Assembly: GCA_965552055.1 (NCBI GenBank)
Contig: CBEVQO010000003.1
Location: forward strand, 206,381 to 270,380
Origin: an uncultured bacterium
GTDB taxonomy: Bacteria > Hydrothermota > UBA3073 > NMUJ01 > CBEVQO01
Length of the DNA: 64,000 nucleotides
Direction: 5' to 3'
The first letter of the stretch is position 1. Each line of letters opens with the position of its first letter. A program made the position numbers and the translations under genes. The notes under the pieces are model-generated. The model was not told where the DNA came from, did no database searches, and saw nothing but the letters and a program-made list of their open reading frames with translations. This document shows positions 1-9,994 of this stretch, piece by piece.

Positions 1-2
1 AT

Positions 3-839
3 CGCGAGTATGATATGGCAAATCCAGAAGGTGTTATGACACTTGTAAGAGCATTGCAGGGAGTTGTGGCAATTGATTACCTTTTGAAATTAAGAAGAGA
101 AAAAAGACCCTATGAAGCGAATAAAGGTGAAACAGATAGAGTTTATCAAAAATGGTTGATGAAAATCTGTGAGGCAATACAGAAAGGAGGGGTAGGCAAA
201 ACACTAAAGCAGGCAGTAGAAGATTTTAAGAAAATAAAAGTAAAAGATGTAGAAAAGCCAAGAATTGCGATAGTTGGGGAGATTTTTGTTCGCTCACATG
301 AATACAGCAATAACAACATTGAGAGGAAAGTTGAAGAGATGGGTGGAGAAACCTGTTTTCCGCCTTTTTATGAATGGGGCTTACATACAGCAAATACACG
401 CAGGTTGGATGCAAAAGTTGATGGAAATCCATTTCAGGCATTTTTATCTCACTGGACAGAGTTTGCATTAAAATATTTTGAAAAGTCACTCGGTAAATAT
501 GTCTGGCATGCTTTAAAATATCCAGAAGAAGTTGATATCGAAGAGATATGGGATGCTGCTTCTGATTATTTGATAAGATGGTGGGGCGAACCTGCGTTAT
601 CTGTAGGTGATGCTGTAATATGGGCACGCAAAGGTGAAATTGATGGTATAATAAACCTTATGCCATTCACATGTATGCCGGGAAATACAACAGCATCGGT
701 ATTTAAGAGAGTAAAAGACGATTTTAACATCCCTGTACTGGATATTGCATTTGATGGGCTGGAACAGGGCACCCTTGAGCAGCGCCTCGAAGCCTTTATG
801 TATCAGGTAAAGCGCCACAAAGAGAAGAAATTGAAATAA
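3..839 (+). CDS. C-terminal part of CoA-substrate-specific enzyme activase / 2-hydroxyacyl-CoA dehydratase-associated protein (5' truncated by window)
   Basis: Frame open from window edge; motifs IAIVGEIFVR, GEPALSVG, NLMPFTCMPG, LEAFMYQ. Confidence 0.7.
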   Translation, partial: REYDMANPEGVMTLVRALQGVVAIDYLLKLRREKRPYEANKGETDRVYQKWLMKICEAIQKGGVGKTLKQAVEDFKKIKVKDVEKPRIAIVGEIFVRSHEYSNNNIERKVEEMGGETCFPPFYEWGLHTANTRRLDAKVDGNPFQAFLSHWTEFALKYFEKSLGKYVWHALKYPEEVDIEEIWDAASDYLIRWWGEPALSVGDAVIWARKGEIDGIINLMPFTCMPGNTTASVFKRVKDDFNIPVLDIAFDGLEQGTLEQRLEAFMYQVKRHKEKKLK

Positions 840-860
840 AATTTAATTTTTAAAATATTC

Positions 861-889
861 TTGACTTTTTTCCATTTTGAAGATAATAT
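861..889 (+). promoter_or_regulatory. sigma70-type promoter, probably leaderless
   Basis: TTGACT at 861, GATAAT/TAATAT at 882-889, ATG at 896 with no SD. Confidence 0.5.
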
Positions 890-895
890 AATGAT

Positions 896-1180
896 ATGGA
901 AGAGAAAGTTCCACAACCCGATTTTTATAGCCTGGTTAACTTTTTTGCATTAATTGCACTTCAACATCTTGGACTTGTCAAAAATCCCATAACAGATAAA
1001 GTTGAGAAAAATCTTGAACTTGCTAAATACACAATCGATACACTTGATTTGATAAAAGAAAAGACAAAAGGTAATCTTACCGAAGATGAGGAAAGATTTT
1101 TAGATAACATAATTGCAGACCTTAAGATGAATTATGTAAGGATAAAGAATGAAGAGAGTGCAAATCCCCCACCTTCTTGA
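896..1180 (+). CDS. DUF1844 family protein
   Basis: LG..NP....NLELAKYTIDTL..KEKTKGNLT.DE pattern. Confidence 0.8.
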   Translation: MEEKVPQPDFYSLVNFFALIALQHLGLVKNPITDKVEKNLELAKYTIDTLDLIKEKTKGNLTEDEERFLDNIIADLKMNYVRIKNEESANPPPS

Positions 1181-1952
1181 AAAGAAGAAAAAAGGAGAAA
1201 AAGCAGTATTATTAACAGCCTATGATGCTATAACAGCAGAGATAGAGGATAAAGCAGGTATTGATGTTATCCTCGTGGGAGACTCTGTTGGTATGACGGT
1301 ACTGGGTTATAGGACAACGCTTCCTGTTACCGTTGATGAGATGCTTATTTTTTGTAAAGCCGTTCGTTCGCGTGTCAAACATGCACTTGTTATCGCTGAT
1401 ATGCCGTTTTTATCTTATCAGGTATCTGTGGAAGAAGCTATAAGAAATGCTGGTAGATTTTTAAAAGAAGCAGATTGCGATGGTGTAAAAATTGAAGGCG
1501 GAGAAGAAATGCTCGATGTTATAAAAAATCTTGTGAGAGTAGGGATTCCTGTTATGGGGCATATTGGTATGACACCTCAGTGGATAAAAGCTTTTGGAGG
1601 ATATAAAGTGCGTGGCAGAACAGAAAAAGAGCGTCAGAAACTTTTAAGAGATGCAAAGTTACTTGAAGAAGCAGGTGTTTTTTCAATAATTTTGGAGTGC
1701 GTTTTACCTGACATAGCAAAAGAAATTTCAGAAAGTTTGGAAATTCCAGTTTATGGAATAGGTTCGGGTCCTTATTGCGATGGTCAAATACTTGTGGTTA
1801 CGGATATACTTGGGCTTTTTAAAGAATTTGTCCCCAAATATGTGAAACAATACGAGAATCTCTACGATAAAATTTTTGCTGCTGTGAAAAGATATATCGA
1901 AGATGTAAAAACAGGGCGTTATCCTTCAAAAGAGCATTGTTATGATAAATGA
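1149..1952 (+). CDS. panB: 3-methyl-2-oxobutanoate hydroxymethyltransferase
   Basis: LTAYD, ILVGDSVGM, ADMPF, VKIEGG, GHIGMTPQ, GIGSGPYCDGQILV. Confidence 0.97.
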   Translation: MKRVQIPHLLEKKKKGEKAVLLTAYDAITAEIEDKAGIDVILVGDSVGMTVLGYRTTLPVTVDEMLIFCKAVRSRVKHALVIADMPFLSYQVSVEEAIRNAGRFLKEADCDGVKIEGGEEMLDVIKNLVRVGIPVMGHIGMTPQWIKAFGGYKVRGRTEKERQKLLRDAKLLEEAGVFSIILECVLPDIAKEISESLEIPVYGIGSGPYCDGQILVVTDILGLFKEFVPKYVKQYENLYDKIFAAVKRYIEDVKTGRYPSKEHCYDK

Positions 1953-2847
1953 AATCGATATAATCAGGGATTTAAAAAATATTTTTCCAAAGATTGGCAA
2001 CGATGCGGCAGATTTTAAATTGTCAGGTGATAAAATTCCGATTGCATGTATTGATAGTTATTATGAAGGTGTTCATTTTGAATTTTCTTATTGTCCGCGC
2101 GATGTCGTGGGCTACAGGAGTGTAGCTGCCACTTTGAGCGACATAGCAGCTGTTGGAGGTGTTCCCCGATATATTGCGGTAAGTGTGGGTTTAAGTTCAC
2201 CCAGGTTTTACAAAGAGATAATTGAAGGGATAAAAGAAGCATGCGATAAATTTGGAGTAGAAGTAATTGGTGGTGATACAATTGAGTCACCTCATACTTT
2301 TCTAACTATTTGTGCCATTGGTGAAGCAGAGCGTGTGGTACCACGACAGGGTGCAGAAGCAGGCGATTTAATATGCGTAACAGGAACAATAGGTGATGCT
2401 GCTATTAATTTTTCTTATCTTAAATCTGGTTTTAAACTCGGGAACAAAAATAACAAATTTTTTTATCCTGAACCAAGAATTAAAGAAGGGCAAAAATTGT
2501 CCCCCTATGTAACTTCTATGATAGATATTTCTGACGGTCTTATAATCGACCTCTGGCGATTACTTTATGAAGGTAAGTTAGGTGCGCAAATTGATATAAA
2601 AAATATTCCGATAAAAGAAGAAAGCATAAAATTATGTGAAGAAATGGGCAGAGATTATTTGAATTTTCAATTGTATGGAGGTGAAGATTATGAATTACTT
2701 TTTACGATTAAAGAAGAAAATTTACCCAAAATTCGGGATGTAGATTTTAGAGTCATAGGCAGAGTTATTGATAAGAAAGGATTTTTTACAAAGAAATGGC
2801 AAAAGATTCATGTAAGGGGATATGTTCATTTTAAAAGTGTCAGGTAA
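1942..2847 (+). CDS. thiL: thiamine-monophosphate kinase
   Basis: IGNDAA, EGVHF, LSDIAAVGG, GGDT, IDISDGL, GGEDYELLF. Confidence 0.93.
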   Translation: MINEIDIIRDLKNIFPKIGNDAADFKLSGDKIPIACIDSYYEGVHFEFSYCPRDVVGYRSVAATLSDIAAVGGVPRYIAVSVGLSSPRFYKEIIEGIKEACDKFGVEVIGGDTIESPHTFLTICAIGEAERVVPRQGAEAGDLICVTGTIGDAAINFSYLKSGFKLGNKNNKFFYPEPRIKEGQKLSPYVTSMIDISDGLIIDLWRLLYEGKLGAQIDIKNIPIKEESIKLCEEMGRDYLNFQLYGGEDYELLFTIKEENLPKIRDVDFRVIGRVIDKKGFFTKKWQKIHVRGYVHFKSVR

Positions 2848-3756
2848 ATGTTAGAAATAAGGATAAAAGATAGAGAATTTAAGAATCCGATATTTACGGC
2901 ATCCGGTACTTTTTCGCCTGATTTTAAAGATTATTGCGATACATCTAAAATAGGGGCTATTTTTACAAAAACGATAACATTTAGAGCGAAAGAAGGCAAT
3001 CCACCCGAAAGGTTGTGGGAAGTGCCCTGTGGTTTAATAAACTCAATAGGGCTTGATAATCCGGGAGTGGATGAATTTAGGAAAAAAGAATTACCAGAAT
3101 ATTTTTCGCTTAATACCGATATTTTTGTAAGCATTGGAGGCGAGAAGATAGAAGAATTTTGTAAAATTGTTGAAAAATTGGAAGACACTCAAATTGCTGG
3201 TTTTGAACTTAATTTATCGTGTCCAAATGTTGAGAAAGGCAGAGAATTTTGCAAAGATTTAAAAAATCTGGAAAAGTTGTTGAAGGAAGTTAGAAAATTG
3301 ACTGAAAAGATAATAATTTGTAAACTAAGTGCGATGGTGAATGACATTTGTGAAGTTGCCAAAGTGTGTGAAGATAATGGTGCAGATGCTTTAACATTGA
3401 TAAATACTCTGCCTGCCTTTGCTGTTGATGTGGATACGAAAAGACCTCGTTTGGGCGGGATAACGGGTGGGCTATCCGGACCTGCGATAAAACCCGTGGC
3501 ATTATGGTGTGTTTATAAAGTAAGAAAAGTTTGTAAAATTCCAATAATAGGATGTGGGGGAATAACTTCTCTTATGGATGTTCTTGAATATTTAATTTCT
3601 GGAGCTACGGCTGTTCAAGTGGGTACCTATAACTTTGTAAATCACAAAATATGTGAAGATTTGGTTGACAATCTCATATCTTATTTAAAATCAAAAGAGA
3701 TGAGTTTGAGCGAGTTAATAGGGAGCATAAATGACAAGGTTAATAATAGCACTTGA
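2848..3756 (+). CDS. pyrD: dihydroorotate dehydrogenase (family 1) catalytic subunit
   Basis: ASGTF, NSIGLDNPG, ELNLSCPNV, GGLSGPAIKP. Confidence 0.95.
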   Translation: MLEIRIKDREFKNPIFTASGTFSPDFKDYCDTSKIGAIFTKTITFRAKEGNPPERLWEVPCGLINSIGLDNPGVDEFRKKELPEYFSLNTDIFVSIGGEKIEEFCKIVEKLEDTQIAGFELNLSCPNVEKGREFCKDLKNLEKLLKEVRKLTEKIIICKLSAMVNDICEVAKVCEDNGADALTLINTLPAFAVDVDTKRPRLGGITGGLSGPAIKPVALWCVYKVRKVCKIPIIGCGGITSLMDVLEYLISGATAVQVGTYNFVNHKICEDLVDNLISYLKSKEMSLSELIGSINDKVNNST

Positions 3757-4408
3757 TGTTGAGAGTAAAGAAAAAGCATTAGAACTTGTTGATGTTATAG
3801 GTGGGGAATGTGATTTTTATAAAATAGGTCCAAAGCTTTTTTGCAGATATGGTATTGATATAGTGCGAGAATTAAAAAAGAGAGGAAAAAAGATTTTTCT
3901 TGATTTAAAGTTACATGATATTCCAAAAGTTGTTTCAGATACTGTTAAATTTTTTGAAGAAGAAGGTGTTGACCTTTTGACTTTACATTGTGCAGGTGGT
4001 ATTGATATGCTGACATCTGCGAGATACGGTAGAGAAGGGGACTTGCCGCTTCTATTTGGGGTTACTGTTTTATCTTCTCTTACCGATGATTTTATCGAAG
4101 AGATGTTTGCACGCCCTCCTTCTGATGCTGTTTTTTACTTCGCTGATATGGCGAAAAAGGCAGGTCTGGATGGTATCGTAGTGCCACCTTTTTCTTTAAA
4201 AGCACTTTCTGAGAGTTATAAAGGAAAGTTATTACTTTTAAGCGCGGGTATACGGCTGGATAAACGCAAAGACGACCATGCTACTGTTCTTACTCCTTCA
4301 GAAGCCCGCCATTGCGGTGCAGATTTCATCGTGGTTGGCCGACCCATTTATCAGGCAAACAACCCTAAAGAGGTAGTTAAAAAAATAATAAAAGAATTAA
4401 GGAGGTGA
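3731..4408 (+). CDS. pyrF: orotidine-5'-phosphate decarboxylase
   Basis: IIALDV, FLDLKLHDIP, VVGRPI. Confidence 0.96.
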   Translation: MTRLIIALDVESKEKALELVDVIGGECDFYKIGPKLFCRYGIDIVRELKKRGKKIFLDLKLHDIPKVVSDTVKFFEEEGVDLLTLHCAGGIDMLTSARYGREGDLPLLFGVTVLSSLTDDFIEEMFARPPSDAVFYFADMAKKAGLDGIVVPPFSLKALSESYKGKLLLLSAGIRLDKRKDDHATVLTPSEARHCGADFIVVGRPIYQANNPKEVVKKIIKELRR

Positions 4409-4409
4409 T

Positions 4410-5339
4410 ATGGCAAAATTAAAAACAGAAGAGAAAGTATATAATAATTTCAGAGTTTATCTTGTATATGATGAGGAACACGATGTTTACGGTGTTGTTA
4501 TGTCTGGTTCTTTTGATACAGAGCCTGCCCATGATTTTCGCAAGTACTTACAGGACAACCTGTTTAAGCAGAGGCATAATTATATCGTGGATACCGAGTT
4601 GCTCGAATATATAAGTTCTACAGGTATAAGTGTTCTTGCCAGTTTTGACAGCAATAAGCGCCTTTTTGCATTTTTCTCGGAATTCAATGATTATATAAAA
4701 AGACCATGCAAACTTATAGGGCTTGATAGATTTTTGAAGTTCTATAAGAATCTGGATGAATTGAAGGATAAAGTATCTTCTGAATTTCTTGATGAGATAA
4801 AAGAGTTTAAACATTTTGCTATTGTAAAAGCACCTCGTGAGCGCTGGGTTAAGATTTTACTTTCTTATGTTCCAAAGGAAAAAGCAGTTACTGCTATTCG
4901 TGAAATGACACCGATAATAATGCAGGTAGAAAGGGCAAAATCTTTGTCACTGCCAAGTGATGAAAAATATGCAGCATGTCTTTACAAATTTATGGAAAGG
5001 GTTTTGTATAAAGAAGCAAAAGTTCCAAAAGAAAAGATACCAGAAGATGACCTTGAATTTGCAGCAAAAGAAATTTTTACAAATGCTTGCAGACATGGTT
5101 ATAAATATTCAAAAGATGGTATCATTGATGTTGAATATTCTTTAAAAGAAGATGAAGTTGTAATTGATGTAATTGATTATGGTACAGGGATAAAAGGCGT
5201 TCCTATGGGTGGCAAAGGCATTCCAATGCTTCGCAAAATATTTGATGCAGTATTTTTAACCCCTGCTCCAAAAAGGGAACACAAAGGTATAACTCTGGGT
5301 GAAGGCACTAAGGTTCGCCTCGTTAAATTCTTAAAATGA
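4410..5339 (+). CDS. STAS (anti-sigma antagonist) + RsbW-like HATPase fusion protein
   Basis: N-terminal LEYISSTGISVL (STAS phospho-Ser motif); C-terminal EIFTNACRHG, DYGTGI, GGKG (GHKL boxes). Confidence 0.75.
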   Translation: MAKLKTEEKVYNNFRVYLVYDEEHDVYGVVMSGSFDTEPAHDFRKYLQDNLFKQRHNYIVDTELLEYISSTGISVLASFDSNKRLFAFFSEFNDYIKRPCKLIGLDRFLKFYKNLDELKDKVSSEFLDEIKEFKHFAIVKAPRERWVKILLSYVPKEKAVTAIREMTPIIMQVERAKSLSLPSDEKYAACLYKFMERVLYKEAKVPKEKIPEDDLEFAAKEIFTNACRHGYKYSKDGIIDVEYSLKEDEVVIDVIDYGTGIKGVPMGGKGIPMLRKIFDAVFLTPAPKREHKGITLGEGTKVRLVKFLK

Positions 5340-6154
5340 TTTTTTTGTTTTTATTGAACATTCATCAAATTGTAAAAGGCGACCTTTTAAAGATTTCAGT
5401 ATGGGGGGTAGAAGAACTTACTGGAGTAGAAGTTCGTGTTGATGAAGATGGTTATATCGCTTTTCCATGGACAAAGAGGATAAAAGCAGAAGGTTTAACC
5501 CTTACCCAGTTAGAAGATACTCTTGAGAAACATTTGTCGCGGTATATCAAAAATTGCAGTGTATCTATTTTGCTGGTTGAATCTTCCATTAATAAAGTTT
5601 ATGTATATGGTGAAGTCAAAAATCCGGGTATCTATCGCATAGAACCCGGGATGACACTGCTTGATGCTTTGACGCTCGCAGGAGGTTTAACTCCATCTGC
5701 AGACCTTTCTAATATAAAAATCATACGAAAAGGAAAAGAAATACTTTGTGATATAAGAAATCCTAACATTTCAGAATTTGTACTAAGACCTTCGGATATT
5801 ATAAAAGTTGGTAAGTTAAATCCAATACTTATTTTTGGTGATGTGGAAAAATCCGGGGAATATTATTACGATAAGATAAAAATTTTTGAACTTCTTGCGA
5901 TAGCAAAAGTGAAAACTGGTAAAATAAAAAAAATTGAAATTCTGACAGAAAATAATCGGAAAATAAAATTTGATAGAAGAAAGCTCGAAAAAGGTGCTTT
6001 GAGGTACACTTTAAAGCCCGGCGATATTGTTTATGTTGAAGTTTGTAAAAAGAGAAAACTTACAGATGTAGCGCGTGACTTTGCTATAATTTTATCACCG
6101 GTTTTAACAGTTATCATAATTTTAAATGGATTAAAAAATCTTGGCTGGTTATGA
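5336..6154 (+). CDS. polysaccharide biosynthesis/export family protein (Poly_export + SLBB)
   Basis: GDLLKISVWG, VDEDGYIAFP, VYVYGEVKNPG, ALTLAGGLT. Confidence 0.85.
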   Translation: MIFLFLLNIHQIVKGDLLKISVWGVEELTGVEVRVDEDGYIAFPWTKRIKAEGLTLTQLEDTLEKHLSRYIKNCSVSILLVESSINKVYVYGEVKNPGIYRIEPGMTLLDALTLAGGLTPSADLSNIKIIRKGKEILCDIRNPNISEFVLRPSDIIKVGKLNPILIFGDVEKSGEYYYDKIKIFELLAIAKVKTGKIKKIEILTENNRKIKFDRRKLEKGALRYTLKPGDIVYVEVCKKRKLTDVARDFAIILSPVLTVIIILNGLKNLGWL

Positions 6155-6990
6155 TACATGAACCAGCATTTACTAAAGAAATACTTGAATTTTTATCACC
6201 TCTGGATAATAAAGTTATAATCGATTGTACATTAGGCACAGGAGGGCATACTTTAGCTATAGTTGAAGCATCCCAAAATGTAAGAGTTTATGCGATTGAC
6301 CTTGACCCTGAATCCATTGCTTTTGCCAAGAAAAGATTATCCAAATATAAAGACAGGATTGAGTTTTTAAACATAAATTTTGCAGAAGTCGATGAATTTA
6401 TAGAAGAAAAAGTTGATGGTGTGATAATGGATTTAGGGATATCTTCATTTCAGCTTGATAATCCTGAGCGTGGTTTCAGCTATCAGCTGTCAGGTCCGCT
6501 TGATATGCGTTTTAACCGCTTTACTGGGCGTCCACTATCCGAAAGATTGAAAAAATTATCAGAATGGAGAATAGGCGAAATTTTAAAAGAATACGGCGAA
6601 GAACCTCTTGCCCGTAAAATAGGAAGAGAAATAGCACTGAGAAAACCAGAAACTACTGAAGAATTAAGAGAAATTGTAGAGAAAGCAACAAGAGGATATT
6701 TTACAGATAAAACTTTAAAAAGAGTATTTCAAGCATTCCGTATTTTTATAAATCAGGAACTTGACAATCTTGAAGAGGCATTACCTATTCTTACCGAGAA
6801 ATTGAAAACAGGCGGTAGAATTTGTGTAATATCTTATCACTCGCTCGAAGACCGCATCGTAAAGAATTTCTTTAAAAATTGCGACAAACTAAAAGTCCTG
6901 ACAAAAAAACCAATGGAACCTGCAGAAGAAGATATTAATAAAAACAAAAGAATAAGAACAGCAAAATTAAGAGTGGCAGAAAAGATATGA
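6151..6990 (+). CDS. rsmH: 16S rRNA m4C1402 methyltransferase
   Basis: DCTLGTGGH, DLGISSFQLD, RGFS, PLDMR, SYHSLEDRIVK. Confidence 0.97.
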   Translation: MIHEPAFTKEILEFLSPLDNKVIIDCTLGTGGHTLAIVEASQNVRVYAIDLDPESIAFAKKRLSKYKDRIEFLNINFAEVDEFIEEKVDGVIMDLGISSFQLDNPERGFSYQLSGPLDMRFNRFTGRPLSERLKKLSEWRIGEILKEYGEEPLARKIGREIALRKPETTEELREIVEKATRGYFTDKTLKRVFQAFRIFINQELDNLEEALPILTEKLKTGGRICVISYHSLEDRIVKNFFKNCDKLKVLTKKPMEPAEEDINKNKRIRTAKLRVAEKI

Positions 6991-7202
6991 AATTTATTTT
7001 TTATGTCATTTCAATAATTTTGATTGCTTTGATTTATCTTTTTGAATATTCGTTGATGATGAAATTGATGTTAAAGGCAAATAAACTCGAAAAAGAATAC
7101 AGGAGGAAATTAGAAGAAGTAAAGACTTTAAGGGTGGAATTCCATAAGTTATGTTCTTACCGTGGTATAATGGAATTATCAAAAAATGTATTTAAAGATT
7201 AG
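6987..7202 (+). CDS. ftsL: FtsL-like cell division protein
   Basis: Small TM + coiled-coil protein between rsmH and ftsI (positional call). Confidence 0.6.
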   Translation: MKFIFYVISIILIALIYLFEYSLMMKLMLKANKLEKEYRRKLEEVKTLRVEFHKLCSYRGIMELSKNVFKD

Positions 7203-8607
7203 GATATTTGGAGTATTTTTGATTTTAATATTTTTGGGATTGCTTTCCCGTGTTTTTTATTTGCAGATAATAAAATATAAGAAATGTGCGAGTGAGATTG
7301 AAAATCTTGTAGAGTGTTTTAGGATTTTGTATCCCGAAAGGGGCACGATTTATGACCGCAATGGTAAAATACTTGCGACAAATGTAAAGGGCAAAAGGAT
7401 ATATCCTCTTTCTGTATGCAGGGAATTGATAGGTTTTGTTTCGGTTGATGGCAGTGGACTTGGTGGAATTGAATATGAATTTGACAAAATATTGAGAGGC
7501 AAAAAAGGGATTATGGAGCTTGGCAGGACGCCTACAGGCAGGATATATCCTCATCCACAATATTCTATAAAACCTGCGATCGATGGGAAAGATATAATTT
7601 TAACAATAGATGCGGATATTCAGCAAATAATAGAGGAAGCACTTGAAGATGCAGTAAAGGCACAAAGAGCAAAAAGCGGTTCTGTAATTGTTCTAAATCC
7701 GAAAACAGGAGAAATACTCGGAATAGCAACATATCCCCACAATGTTGAGAGATTAAGACCTGTTACTGACCTTTTTGAACCAGGTTCTACTTTTAAAATC
7801 GCTACAATGCTCGCAGTATTGAAGGATAACAAAATAAAGCCACAGGATATAGTAGATGATAAAGGGGAGATAAAAGTAGGAGACATTGAGATAAAAGATT
7901 TAGAGAAACATGGTCCGATAACATTTGCCGAAGCTGTCTGGATATCGAGCAATGTTGGTTTTGTTAAGATGGCGAGACTTGTTGGTAAAAGGCGTCTTTA
8001 TGAGGAAGCAAGGCTCCTGGGTTTTGGAGCAAAGACAGGGATTAAATTGCCGGCAGAAGGAAAAGGTTGGTTACCGCCCTATACCCGCTGGACCGACGCA
8101 GATTTCGCATGTATCGCTTTCGGACAGGGAATAAGCTGTACATTGCTTCAACTTGCAATGGCATATCAAGCAATAGCGAACAAAGGAATATTATTGAAAC
8201 CAAGGATTGTACTTGAGATAAGAAAAGGGAATAAGGTTTATTATAGCAGTAAAGTCGAAAAAGTAAGGCGTGTTTGTAGCGAAGAGGTAGCAAAGGAATT
8301 GACACAATTGTTAATAGGAGTTGTGGAATATGGCACGGGTAAATTGACAAAGATGAAAGGCATAAAAATTGCGGGTAAAACAGGAACAGCGCAGAAATTT
8401 ATAAAAGGGAAATATTCCGAAGATAAAAATATATCAACATTTGTAGGTTTCTTACCGGCTGACGACCCACAGATACTCGTAGCATGCATGCTTGATGAAC
8501 CAAGATATGGATTAAGTAGCGAAGTGTGTGTGCCACTTTTCAGGAAAATAGTTAAAAGAATAATCAAATTGAAAGATTATGAGATTAAATCAATTGCTCA
8601 AAAATAG
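7186..8607 (+). CDS. ftsI: class B penicillin-binding protein (FtsI-like)
   Basis: RGTIYDRNG, EPGSTFK (SxxK), SSN, KTGTAQ; dcw position. Confidence 0.9.
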   Translation: MYLKIRIFGVFLILIFLGLLSRVFYLQIIKYKKCASEIENLVECFRILYPERGTIYDRNGKILATNVKGKRIYPLSVCRELIGFVSVDGSGLGGIEYEFDKILRGKKGIMELGRTPTGRIYPHPQYSIKPAIDGKDIILTIDADIQQIIEEALEDAVKAQRAKSGSVIVLNPKTGEILGIATYPHNVERLRPVTDLFEPGSTFKIATMLAVLKDNKIKPQDIVDDKGEIKVGDIEIKDLEKHGPITFAEAVWISSNVGFVKMARLVGKRRLYEEARLLGFGAKTGIKLPAEGKGWLPPYTRWTDADFACIAFGQGISCTLLQLAMAYQAIANKGILLKPRIVLEIRKGNKVYYSSKVEKVRRVCSEEVAKELTQLLIGVVEYGTGKLTKMKGIKIAGKTGTAQKFIKGKYSEDKNISTFVGFLPADDPQILVACMLDEPRYGLSSEVCVPLFRKIVKRIIKLKDYEIKSIAQK

Positions 8608-9994
8608 CGGTTTAAGATACAGGCTTAAAAATTTTAAGGATTTTGATGTTAAAGGCATTGCTTATGATTCAAGAGATGTTCAAAAGGATTTTTTGTTTGT
8701 TGCAAAGACACCCGAATATGTTGAAGATGCGATAAAAAGAAGTGCAAAGGCAATAGTTACAGATAGGGAGTTGCCCTATAAAATTACACAGATAATTGCG
8801 GGAAATCCAAGAAGATTTTTATCAAGGATTTCAAAGATTTATTATAATAGACCCGATGAGAAAATAAAAGTAATAGGAATTACAGGAACGAATGGTAAAA
8901 CGACTACATCTTTTTTGATAAAGTCAATATTTGATTCAGCGGGATACAAAACAGGGCTTATCGGCACGATTGAGTATTTGATAGGCGATAAAAAGATTGA
9001 AGAAGGGTTAACCACGCCAGAATCTCTCGATATTTACAGGATTATGGATAAAATGGTGAAAGAAAAAGTCGATGTATGTATTATGGAAGTATCATCACAT
9101 GGACTATCACAATGTAGGGTTGAAGATGTTGATTTTGATGTAGCAGTGCTTACAGAAATTGGAAGAGACCATCTTGATTATCACAAAACTTTTAGAAATT
9201 ATTTGTATGCCAAAGCAAAATTATTTAAACTGCTTAAAGAAGGAAAATTAGCCGTGTTAAATAAAGATTGCGAATATTTTGATTTCTTTAAAAAGTTTGT
9301 TAAATCAAAATTAATTACCTATGGTAGAGATGGCGATGTAAGGGGAAAAATCATAGAGATGAAGCTAAACGGGATGAAAGTAGAGATTGAATTTAAAAAG
9401 GAGAAATATAGTTTTGATGTGAATTTAACGGGTGATTATAATCTTTATAACATTATGGCGAGTTTTTGTGTAGGAGCAGGTTTAAATATTTCGATTGACA
9501 AAGTGATAGAAGGAATAAGGAGTTTAAAAGGTGTAAGAGGCAGATTTGAAGTTATTGGGAATGTTGTCATAGATTTTGCGCATACGCCGGATGCTCTTTT
9601 CAATTTTTTAAGTGCTTTACGGAAATTGAATAAGGGAAAACTTGTATGTGTTTTTGGTGCAGGTGGGGAGCGTGACCCCAGAAAGCGTCCCTTGATGGGT
9701 AAGGTAGCGGAAGAAATCGCAGATTTTGTGATTGTAACATCAGATAATCCAAGAAGAGAAGACCCAAGAAAAATAATCAAGGATATTTTGAAAGGGATGA
9801 AAAAGGAAAATCATAAAGTGATAGAAGATAGAAGAGAAGCGATAGAATATGCTATTAAAATGGCAGGAAAAGAAGATATTGTAGCAATATGTGGAAAGGG
9901 ACATGAACAGTATCAAATCATAGGCGATAAAAAAATATTTTTCGACGAAAGAAAAATCGTTAAAAGTTTGTTAAAAAGGAGGGGTTATGGTTAA
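8579..9994 (+). CDS. murE: UDP-MurNAc-tripeptide synthetase
   Basis: GITGTNGKTT, EVSSHGL, DHLDYH, DFAHTPD, DNPR (mDAP-type). Confidence 0.96.
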   Translation: MRLNQLLKNSGLRYRLKNFKDFDVKGIAYDSRDVQKDFLFVAKTPEYVEDAIKRSAKAIVTDRELPYKITQIIAGNPRRFLSRISKIYYNRPDEKIKVIGITGTNGKTTTSFLIKSIFDSAGYKTGLIGTIEYLIGDKKIEEGLTTPESLDIYRIMDKMVKEKVDVCIMEVSSHGLSQCRVEDVDFDVAVLTEIGRDHLDYHKTFRNYLYAKAKLFKLLKEGKLAVLNKDCEYFDFFKKFVKSKLITYGRDGDVRGKIIEMKLNGMKVEIEFKKEKYSFDVNLTGDYNLYNIMASFCVGAGLNISIDKVIEGIRSLKGVRGRFEVIGNVVIDFAHTPDALFNFLSALRKLNKGKLVCVFGAGGERDPRKRPLMGKVAEEIADFVIVTSDNPRREDPRKIIKDILKGMKKENHKVIEDRREAIEYAIKMAGKEDIVAICGKGHEQYQIIGDKKIFFDERKIVKSLLKRRGYG

